From the NCBI RefSeq assembly GCF_001194135.2, contig NC_068990.1, forward strand, positions 93,096,426 through 93,160,425: a DNA stretch of 64,000 nt, in the 5' to 3' direction. Below, piece by piece: positions 53,313 through 64,000 of the stretch. How positions within the stretch are numbered: the first letter of the stretch is position 1; every line of letters begins with the position of its first letter. The DNA comes from Octopus bimaculoides (lineage: Eukaryota). The translations under genes and the position numbers were made by a program. Under the pieces are notes generated by a model. The model was not told the DNA's origin. It did not search any database and saw only the letters and a program-made list of their open reading frames with translations.

Positions 53313-54713
53313 TTCCTTTACGGTTGACTTCACATAAAACAAGACTGTGTTGTGTCGTATGTTTGAGCCTTTAGCCACGTAAGTAAAGTCTTTGCTAATG
53401 TTGACCACTGACCGAGACACACATAACAATGACCCTTGTAACTACTGTTAGTCTCTCTGTCTCTGTCTGTCTGTCTGTCTCTCTGGATATAGAAAATCTG
53501 CCTCAAATTCCATTTGATCCAATGTAAGCCTGGAAAAGTGGATGTTAAATGATGATGGTGATGATAGATGATGGATGATGATGATGGTGATGATGGTGAT
53601 GATGGTGATGATGATGGTGATGATGGTGATGATGGTGATGATGGTGATGATGGTGATGATGATGATGGATGATGATGATGATGATGATGATGCTTGCAGA
53701 CATAATCATGTTTAACAAACACATGATAGGAACAACTTGCCTACAGAACCCATAAGGAATTCTGAAATAACATTTATTTAGATTGGTTCCTTCTTCTTTT
53801 CTGACAGAATATTCTTTAACCTTAAACAACATCAAAGTTGGTACAAATGCTCAGCCTTGTCATCAGTAAGGATCTCTTCTGGTGATTTTATGTTCTCAAA
53901 ATGGCAAAGACTACATTTCAAAGACTGGCCTTCCTCTTCAGAGTCAGAAATATCCTTCATCTCCCAACAACCACTAGCCCTCAACAGGCTCAAGTGCAGC
54001 CAGCATTGGATGACTGATCTCACACCTGGAACAATACTCAAAGACATTCTATACCTTCTCCAATAATAATAAAAAAAAAAAAAACATATAGCTTATTGCT
54101 GTGATGCCACTCACCAACCTAACCCAACCCCTGACCCACAAACTTATTTCCTCTCCCTGTCTTTACACCTGCTCCCACAATGGCCCTGTTCTTTGTACTT
54201 AATTGATCTCCTACTCACCTCCATTCAGGCACTCCCAATTCACTTATCCCTTTTCCCCCTCTTTATCCCTTTCCCCACCTCTTTATCCCTTCCTTGTACT
54301 TTACCCCAGGTCATGCACTAACCTTTATTCCAAGTTGTTCCTTCCTACAACATGGACCATTTGTAATCCTCTCCCTGTACATATTTTCCTTGCATCTATT
54401 CAAGAGAAATGGTAACCATGTCACTCCCACCGGTCTTTTAGAGGCTGTGATGGCCATGGATGCAATCCTTTCCCTTTGATCATCAATCAAATAAAAAAAT
54501 TAACAAGTCCCTGGGTGTCAATAAGCCGTAAGTGTTTCTGCCATTAAATCCAAGCAATAATATATCCATTCTTAATACATTCCAGCAGATTCAAGCACAA
54601 AAACACTGTTGTAGTTTATCACTGGAGGTTCTCCAGTGATAAACATGTGATTCATTGATGTAAGGGGACTTTTAAGCACTGTGGTGTTTTGACCTTACTT
54701 TATGTCTCCTCAG

Positions 54714-54776
54714 TCAAGGCTATCCTTTCACTGATGAATCTAGTGAGTACTGGTTCTTGTTTATGGGAAACAGCAG
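54714..54776 (+). CDS. Candidate internal exon of an unidentified host gene (63 nt, frame-preserving)
   Basis: Acceptor ttttgaccttactttatgtctcctcag and donor CAG|GTAAAT (alternative CTA|GTGAGT at 54742/3). Two frames are open, one reading xQGYPFTDESSEYWFLFMGNS. No recognisable homology. Confidence 0.3.
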
Positions 54777-55657
54777 GTAAATATTTGCTGATGTCTGCCA
54801 AAGTAGACAATAATTCACGAGGTGCATGCTGAACCGAGTGCACAAGAAATTATGTTTATTTGCTACATTGCATGCGTTCTTTCACAGTTTGTGCAAAATG
54901 TACAGATTCGATCGCAGCAACTGTGATTAAGGTGAAAGCAACCGTGACTAAGCTGAAATCTCATCTTTTCTTCATAAACTGTAAATTCATGTTTTGGTTG
55001 TAAACACATTTCTGAGACGAACATAAAAAACTCTGCCAACAATTGGCAACGTAGTTATTCTCTGGTAATTATTTTACAAGCATGATAATCGTTTTTGGAA
55101 ACTGATCCAACAGTGGCTTTTACTTAACCGAATTATTGAATTGTTATAAAAATAGAACTAATATAACATCCTTGAACTTTGGTCCTCGTTGCTGGTGTTA
55201 TTGGAAACAACAGAAAATCTCACCCAACTTTAAAAATCTATATTTATCAATCATCTTGTATTGCTTGTGTTGTTGTTGTTGTTGTTGTATGGTACCAAAG
55301 CATGAACATTACGCGAGAATGATTTCGGATTTGTTGGAAATCTTCCAAATAAGATGCGCCTTTCTTGAACCCTTGAAGAATGATGTATTAACCATCTGCA
55401 CAATGACCACACTCAAGGAACTTGATTTCGGCAGCTGACTGTTTCTGAATTGATACAGACACATTAGCTGAACTGTTAGGAGTGATCATATGTGGCCAAG
55501 AGAGTCATTTAAGGGTCCCATACAAACTACTCGGATGTCTCAAGCCATAAAATGCATTATGCTTACCTGTTCACTCACTCATAAATGCAGATATATACAA
55601 TTTATATACATATACATATTATATATACATACACACACACATACGTATATGTATATA

Positions 55658-55720
<63 letters not shown>

Positions 55721-55724
<4 letters not shown>

Positions 55725-56136
55725 TGTTGTGAATTCATGGAAAGAAATCCCATAAAACTCAACAATTTTGTTAAAAATGAACCACTATAACCTTTAGTTA
55801 TAGTTAAGAATCTAACTGGACTCACATCTCTCTTTTTCCCACAAGGATAAATATGAATCTCCTAGATTCTATTCTTCTGATTTTTCCTTTCTCAAGTCCT
55901 TTGTAAAACATTTTGGTTATACTTCTTGTACTGAAGAGTACATTGATATATAATTAATTTAATTAATTTAATTTAATTCAATTCAACTATGAATTTGCAT
56001 GATTTTTATATCGCTGTACGAAACGATTGTCTGCATGAATTAAAATTCTCTTATATATTTTAACATCTTCTCTTCTCCATTTTTAACTAAATTGTTGGGT
56101 TTTATGGGATTTTTTTCCATAAATTCACAACGCATC
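55721..56136. mobile_element. Non-autonomous DNA transposon with ~58-bp TIRs in a TA context
   Basis: gatgtgttgtgaattcatggaaagaaatcccataaaactcaacaattttgttaaaaat is the inverse of 56079-56136, with 5 differences. Confidence 0.85.
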
Positions 56137-56756
56137 ATATACACGTATTATTTTCATATTTGCAAATTTACGCCTGGAAACTACCAGCAAGGAAGAATCA
56201 ATATTAGAAATACGTTTTGGAAACCTCCAAAATAAAGGACGAATCTAATTCAACCTTTCCACACCTATATATATATACATATTTACACACACACACACAC
56301 ACACATACACACACACACACACATGACTGCAGTTGCATGGCTGCAACTCATAAAAAACAAAAACAGGTAAACACACACCTCCACATACAAACACACATGT
56401 ATACATCATTATAATCATCATCATCATCATCATCATTTCACCTGTTTTGCAATACTGGCAAAGGTCGGATGAATTGTGACTGCTTGGCATCAGTTTTTCT
56501 TCATAGATGCTGCTCTCCTCTCCTGGATGGGTCACAGCATCACATTTTGTGCAGACTTTATGGTTTTAGCTTGATTTCTATTGCTGGATGTCCTTCCTAA
56601 CCCTGACCCCTTTACAGAGTGTACTGGGGGGGGGGATTGTATCAAAATAAAAGTGGTTGAAAGATTGCCCTTACCTCTGCAAGATGAAAGAAGCCTCTTA
56701 TCCCTATGTTGCCGCCATCCTCTCAAGGCAAACATGTGTTGGAAAGAGTAAATAAA

Positions 56757-56831
<75 letters not shown>

Positions 56832-57731
56832 TAATGAAGTGAAAGAAAAGGAAGTAGAAGTGTTCATGAGGAGGGAGGAACAGGATAATAAAAGTGAAGG
56901 ATACCAAAGAGGTGGGGGTTTATTAGTGGAAGATGGTGAAAGCTATATGTGGGTTATTGGTAAAGAGGTTGGATAAGAAACGTAACATATTCAGTATGAT
57001 GGGATAATAGTAGAGATGCATAATGGTGAGAGAGAGAGAGATAGATAGATAGAGAGATAGAGAGAGAGAGAGTATGTGATAGAAAGCAGTAGAGATGGTT
57101 GATGGTATGATATATCTATCTTCATCATTTTCTTTGTTTTAATATCCAGTTTTCCATGCTTCTTTGGCTCACATGGAACTCTTTGAGGTTGTTTTTCTAC
57201 AACTGAATGGATGTTCTTCATTTCATCAACCCTCATCCGTTTCCAGCTAAGATAAGATGTCCTTCAGTTCTTCAGACGAGAAAAGCACAACAATGTTGTT
57301 GCCCCCCCCCCCAACAACAACAACAACAGTTAACAATTGCAATATCAATAACGGCAATTACAACAGCATCACCATCAATACTAACTGCAGCATCAACAAT
57401 GACAACAACAGCAACAACAACGTCATTTAGAGACTCCTCTAATCTGGCCAATTTTGCAATCAATTGCAGGTGAGGGTCGATGTCTGTCAATCTATCACAC
57501 TCATTCCACCATATTGGAAAGTAAATATTTGCTTTAGAAAAAAGCATTTGAATGTTTATATTGTAACTGGGGAACAATCAGGGAATGTCAATTTGTGCAG
57601 CTGGAACAATATCTTGTGTTGATTCTGCAAAGCAAACCAAATATTCTTCATCACTTGCAACATTGATTCACTGATAATATTTATACAATGCAAAACTGGA
57701 GATGATTGCTTACTTTTAATCTTGTCGCTTC

Positions 57732-57762
<31 letters not shown>

Positions 57763-58099
57763 CTTCTTCTTCTTCTTCTACCATTTGAAATACCTTTAGT
57801 CTCAGCAGGTGTTTGCCATTACAGGGAATTAATATGTAAACAATATTTATCCACCTGCCCCACTTGTTCTTGAAATTAAGAGAGCAGAAATGTGTTTTTA
57901 CACAATAGGAATAAGCTTACATGTTTCCAGAAATCAAATCAAATCCAAATATCTTTTTGCTATTTAATGAAAATGGAAAAAAAACCTGCCAGAATCTGCT
58001 GGAATCTGCTACAATATGTTGGCATCTGCTACGGTACCACCATTTTATATTGAATTTCGTTTGTAAAAAAAGAATATACTGTGGCAGATTTAACAGTTT

Positions 58100-58780
58100 C
58101 GCTTCGGTAGTATTGAGTGGAGTGTTGTACTTTTTTTTGAGTGGAATGTTGTACTCTTGAGGAGTGACATGCAGTGTTCTTGCATTGAGTGTGGTACTGT
58201 TTGTGATGTACTGTACTGTTGTGTAGTGTATGTTGAGTGGAGTTTGTGGTGTTGAGTGGAGTATTAAACAGTTAAGTATTATTATATACATCATACTTGT
58301 GTGACACTGCTGCTGAATGGTATCATCATCATCGTCGTTTAATGTCTGCTTTCCATGCTGGCATGGGTTGGACGATTTGTATGGGGACTGGCAAGCCAGA
58401 AGGCTGCACCAGGCTCCAATCTGATCTGGTAGTGTTTCTACAGCTGGATGCTCTTCCTAACACCAATGTAATGGGTGCTTTTTACATGCTACCGGCACAG
58501 GAGCCAGTCAGGTGGGCCTGGCAATGGCCACATTTGGACGGTGTTTTTTATGCGCCACTGGCATGGGAGCCAGTCAGGGGACACTGGCATCGATCATGTT
58601 TCGATGCATATAATATACTGGTGTTATTGAGTGGTGTATCAAACTATTGTTGAATATTGTATTGTTATTAAATGTGGTACTATTGAGTGGAGCACTGTTG
58701 AGTGGAATGTGGTATTGGTGAGTGAAGGGTGATTCTATTGAATGAAGTATGATACTGTTGAGTGGAGTATGATCTATGTA
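58100..58780. repeat. Degenerate TTGAGTGGAGT minisatellite split by an S3 retroposon
   Basis: The motif recurs at 58100-58265 and 58620-58775 on either side of the S3 copy at ~58322-58590. Confidence 0.7.
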
Positions 58781-59439
58781 ACTGGTTTGGTGTGCAGTCT
58801 TTAAGGAATTGGGGGGTCTGTCTTTTATAACACAAGATTATGCTGTTTGAATACTTGCATTGGATAATTGTATTAAAGTTGTGGGGCTAAGAAATTTGCT
58901 TCCCAACCACATGGTTCCAGGTTCAGTCCCACTGCATGGTACCTTGGTCAAGTGCCTTCTACTATCACCTCGAGCCAACCAAAGCCTTCTGAGTAGATTT
59001 GGTCAATGGAAACTGTGTAGAAGTTTGTATGTGTGTGTCTCCTTGTTTTGACATCACATGATGGTTGTAAACAGGTGTCACCATCATAAAAGCAGTATCC
59101 TTTATTTCCAACATTTTGTGAAAATATGTCCAGCTATGGGGAAATATTTCAGGCAAGGTTTGGTGACAGGAGGGGCTTCTAGCCATAAACAATCTGCTTC
59201 AACAGATTCTGTTCAACCCATACAAGCATGAAAAAGTGAACATGAAAATAACAACAATGATGATGATAGTGATGATGATGATGATGATAACGATTTTAAT
59301 AAATGGATTTTATTATTACATTTATCAAGTAAAATGTTTGAACTGGATAATTAAAATGCATTGAATACGCATGAGACATCTGGTATGTGATGACAGAGAT
59401 ATGTCATTCACCAATAACTAATATTGGCTAAGGTGAAAC

Positions 59440-59590
59440 TGATGTCTCTGACAGAAACAATAGTAAATTTAGCTTTCGTGAAGTGGCTTAACACTCCCAT
59501 ACCAATCACCGGTGGACACTTCTCTTTCAGAAATTTGGTGAAAGCAGTGTCGTTGCTTTCAATATTAGCAAAGGTTTTGACAAGGGCTGA
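59440..59590 (+). mobile_element. CR1/L2/Jockey-group LINE reverse-transcriptase fragment
   Basis: FGESSVVAFNISKGFDKG matches the RT motif GE..VVALDISKAFD.VW, preceded by remnants of SD.QYGFR and THRW. Confidence 0.7.
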
Positions 59591-60384
59591 TGCATGAAGC
59601 CAGTATCAAAGTATTTATAGCAACAAGACTACAAAGGAGATGGAATCAAGTTAATTGATTCCTCCGTACATGACTGGTATTATGTAACCATGACTGGTAA
59701 TAAAAATCTGAATCAGCACCAGCAGGATTTGAACCCAGAATGTAGTAGTGTGTCATTTCTCTCAATATCTTCCTTTCTTCCTCTTCCAATACAACAGCAA
59801 CAGCAACATGTGTGTTTAATTTAAGTAGTTCTTTTCTAAAATTTTTCATATTTCGTTCAGTTAAAGACATTGGATCAGTAAAAGACATCAGAATTGGACA
59901 GATTTCTTTTCTGCTGAATTTATTTCAATTGAAAATTGTTTGGAATTTACAATGTAATAATTGGAATAATTATTTGAAATCATTTCATTCAATGTTCTTG
60001 TTCAAATTTTAATTTCCAGTTTTAATAATCTTAATTTTTCTTTGTCTTTCCCCATATTGTTTCCTCCATTTATTAATAATATTGACAACAATAGCAACAA
60101 CAAATAATCTTTCCTACTATAGGCACAAGGCCTGGAATTTTTGGTGAGGCGGCTTGTAGATTGCATCAACCCCAGTTCTTGACTGGTGTTCTATTTTATC
60201 AACCCTGAAAGGATGAAAGGCTAAGTCAACCTTGGCAGAATTTAAACTCAGAATGTAATGGCAGACTAAATACCGCTAAGCATTTGGCCTGGTGTGCTAA
60301 CGTTTCTGCCAGATTGCCGCCTGATAAATAGCCCAATATTGTTATCAAGGACTGCCAGGAAAGAAAATATCTTTTAATTGTTCT

Positions 60385-60490
60385 CTCAGTCCCGACAGAT
60401 GATAATGAACAAATTATGTGAACTGGAAGATCTGGAAATAGAGATAACCAGAATGTAGAAATCAGAAACTCTTCCTACAATAACAGGTAA
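60385..60490 (+). mobile_element. RLE-type LINE fragment
   Basis: KLCELEDLEIEITRM*KSETLPTIT is homologous to the 864-1092 fragment. Confidence 0.6.
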
Positions 60491-60760
60491 ACTCCGACCC
60501 ACCCCAAACAGTCAGATAAACCATCATCAGAAATCTAGAAGGGAAAACGTAGGATTTGCAAACATATGCAACAGGCAGATAATAGCACTTAGTCTCACTT
60601 AGTCTGTATATTACACTTAGACTGAATGCGTTTAAGATTTATACATATACATACACACTGTAGGAATAATTGCACTACTGTGTGCTGCACCCATACTGCA
60701 CTCATTGCATGGAATATTGTTCTTGTGTAGGAAATATAAAGAAAGAAAAACACATGATGG

Positions 60761-60794
<34 letters not shown>

Positions 60795-62199
60795 AGTGGT
60801 GGTGATGATGATGATGATGATGATAGTGGTGGTGAAATGTATGTGAGTGGCGTTGGTGTTTACGAATAGGTTGTAGCAGTTTACTAAAGATTGGAGGTTG
60901 AGGAAATAACACAAAGCTCTTATTCATTCGATACAACCATCATCATCATCATCATCATCGTCGTCGTCGTCATCATCATCATCATCATCATCGTCATCAT
61001 CATTGTCGTCATCGTGATTGTTCCCATTACCACCACCACCACCACTGCCACTACTATAACCTTCATTATATCATCATCATCATCATTGACACCATCTCAA
61101 TCATCATTTTTACCATCATCATCATCATCATCATCATTATTTGTCATTATTATCATTCTCACCATCACAAGTAGCATCATTGTCACCACTGCCACTACCA
61201 CTTCTACTACTGCTACAACCACCACCACCACCACCACTGCCGCCGCCGCCATCATCACCATCATTGCCATCATCGCCTCCATCGCAACCCCACCGTTATT
61301 CACAAATTATGATATAAAATGAAAAGGAACAAAAAATAACAGATTTCCCCCCAAAAAGGAAACTTAGGTTCTAACCCCCACCCCACCCCACAAGCCTCCT
61401 CTGACCCAACAACAAGTAAACAAAAACCCCGGAAGGGGTTTAGCTGATGTCATAGATAATTCTAAGGCAGAAAGTTGGGAAATTGACAGAACCATAAGAA
61501 CATCAGAAAGAATACCTTTTGATATTTCTTCCACATCCCTCCTATCTGAATTGAAATCCTTTTGAGGACAACAGTACTTTTCTTCCTTCTGGAATCGGTA
61601 AAATGAAGCACATGTCGAGAGTAGTGGATTGGTGAAATTGCTGGGGTTATGAATGAGTGTGGGGATTAGATGAGATATCTCGGGGCACCTGGTAAGGAGA
61701 AGCCTTTCACTTGCCTGCTGTCTACTCAGCCACATCAATGCATTCGTATGCTTGCCAGGTGATGCTTTGCAAGTACAGCAACATCGTTCTGTAGTTCAGA
61801 TTAATGCATTAACTTGGGCTGTGGGATGTGATTTGCCCTGGTAATCCATTAATTATTGTGAGATTTATGCAGTTACATGCAGGAGTCATCGTTGCAGCAT
61901 TATTGTAGTTTTCTGTATTATCAAGCATCTGCGAAAATATCTGTGAGTTTTGTAAAGTAGTTCTTAGAGTGAAGGGGGTGGGGTGGGGGTAAGTGTAGAG
62001 CGAAAGTGGGTGGAAGGGCAAGGGGTGGTGGTGGATTTGGTGTGTTGCTGTTTTTTTCTTATTTTATGTTAAGTATTGAATGATTGGGATATTGTACTGA
62101 CTCCATGTGTTTGTAGAATAAATTAGTGTTTGAGCTTCAGGGTGTGATAGAATTGCAGAAAAACAGCAAGTTTAGGTGAGTTGGGTTTGCAGCTTAATC

Positions 62200-62790
62200 A
62201 GCAAAGAAATGTCTTTGAAATCTTGCAATTTGAAATACTTTTCTGTATAGGTAAAGGGAGAATATTTCTTCCTGTATATTGAGTATAATCACTGGTAAGA
62301 TCAATATTTTTAGTTTCTCTGTAATGCAGAGATTACACTTGCTTCCTTGTCCAATGTAGTCATTGATTTTACCAAAAACGCTCCAGTTTTTAAGTGGATT
62401 GGTCACTGTAGTCCAGTAGACTTTACACAAATTTAGATAATGAAGTTGTGGTTACATTTGCTTGTAACTCTGAATGAAGCTACATGTTGTGAAAATCTTT
62501 TGTTAAATGTATTTCTTGTCAGTCCAACATAGGATTTTATCCTGTTACCTATGTCAGGAATGTTTACTGTATATTCAAGCTCCTTCCCACGGTGTTTGCT
62601 ATTCAAAGGACAGTACTGAGGGGATCCACAGCAGCACGGTCATTGTGGAGAGGTATTTTATACTTTTGGTGGGTTGAAGAGTTGTGAGTCTATGTTAGGA
62701 ATGCTACTGTAGCTTACTTTAATAGTATTTTTGTTGAAGGTTTTTGTTATCTATATGTTTATGGAATGTAGGTATCAGTTAGGAAATACC
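62200..62790 (-). mobile_element. Penelope-like element remnant with GIY-YIG endonuclease
   Basis: FNKNTIKVSYSSIPNI, CPLNSK...KSYVGLTRNTFNKRFSQHVASFR and SKCNLCITEKLKIL. Stops and frameshifts present. Confidence 0.9.
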
Positions 62791-63300
62791 TAGCTGTGTC
62801 TCATGTTACCTTCATGCTTTATGGTAGATTAAATCATAGGATTTTCTTATGATTACATCTCGATATAGTTGGGACAATACTTTTGTTGAAGTTGGACTTT
62901 GCTTGTGCATTGATGTAATATTGTACTTTATTCTATTGTCACTGGGAGGATGAGAAGTAAATTTGACCTTCATGGGATTTGAACCAATAAAGAGCTGGAA
63001 CAAATACAGCAAGGCATTTTGTTCATCACTGTAACAATTTGCACAATGATACAAATACAACAACAGCGATGATGATAGAAATGATGATGATGGTGGTGGT
63101 GGTGGTGGTGGTGGTNNNNNNNNNNNNNNNNNNNNGATGACGATGATGATGGTGATGGTGATACTATATTGATTGTGCAATGTACAAAACAAACAAGGGT
63201 TATAAAGTACTCTTGACTAAAAATAGATTAATAAATAAATATTGAATATGGCTGCAACACTATAGGAATATTATTTCATCCCAAAATGTGTGTGTGTGTG

Positions 63301-63357
<57 letters not shown>

Positions 63358-64000
63358 GTACTGATATCTTTTGTATCCTCTGCTAGAATCAGTCAACATG
63401 TCTAACTAGAAAATGTTTTTGTTTTTTTTTAATGTTTACATTCTGCAGAAAATGGGTAAACAAGATCTGATCTGATATCCTTAACGGCGTTATATCGTAT
63501 TAAAGTTGCATGATTCTTTAAGAGCAGTGGCCTGGAATGAGGTAGACACTGTCCCTTCTCATGAACGATTCCAGAAGTGAAGTTACTCACAGAATTGCAG
63601 TCACATAACAATTGCCATTCACTCTTTGAATATTTATTCCACTTCTAAGGCGGTGGAGCTGGCTGAATCATTACATTCTGAGTTCAAATTCCGCCAAGGT
63701 TGACTTTACCTTTCATCCTTTCAGAGTTGATAAATTAAGTACCAGTTGCATACTGGGGTTGATCTAATCGACAGGGACCCCCACCACCAAAAAACATTTC
63801 GGGCCTTGTGCCTAGAGTAGAAAAGAATTTTCTACAAGAATGTATATAAAGTTTTTTGAAAAATAAGTGATGCCTTAGAAGTCTGTCTTTGTATTGTCCC
63901 CTTCATCCTTTGCCCTTGTGGCACATAAATGAAACCATTATCATTATTATTATTATTATTGTTTAAAATAGTGATAATAATCACCACCACCACCACCACC

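Noticed and set aside
55844-55950. Strong acceptor followed by DKYESPRFYSSDFSFLKSF
   Set aside because: It lies inside the 55721-56136 TIR element and has no good donor.
57207-57473. 88-aa ORF ending at CAG|GTGAGG
   Set aside because: Mostly (CAA)n-derived low complexity; cannot be distinguished from microsatellite noise.
60891-61322. 143-aa Ile/Thr/Ser-rich ORF
   Set aside because: A compound (CAT)n/(CAC)n microsatellite.

Overview
AT-rich eukaryotic DNA saturated with microsatellites and short interspersed repeats, with three large N gaps (4137-4976, 5969-6645, 38514-39112). The repeat repertoire suggests an octopus/coleoid cephalopod draft assembly (inference). I could not identify any host protein-coding gene. 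Nearly all ORF-track entries are translations of microsatellites or N runs, and the few with real protein motifs are decayed transposons: RTE LINE, RLE-type LINE, CR1/L2-like RT, Penelope-like RT and GIY-YIG, mariner and Tc1. The window reads as long-intron or intergenic DNA. Main findings: (1) two families of minimal type I hammerhead-ribozyme motifs; one is fused to a tRNA-like Pol III head in a ~250-290 bp element, with one copy flanked by a 13-bp target-site duplication and several Penelope-like remnants nearby; (2) a consensus-like recursive-splice site (polypyrimidine-TTTCAG|GTAAGT) on the + strand; (3) long fold-back elements whose arm differences mostly give G.U rather than A.C pairs on the + strand. 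No rRNA, intact tRNA or CRISPR was seen. All alignments and counts were done by hand, and repeat boundaries are approximate.
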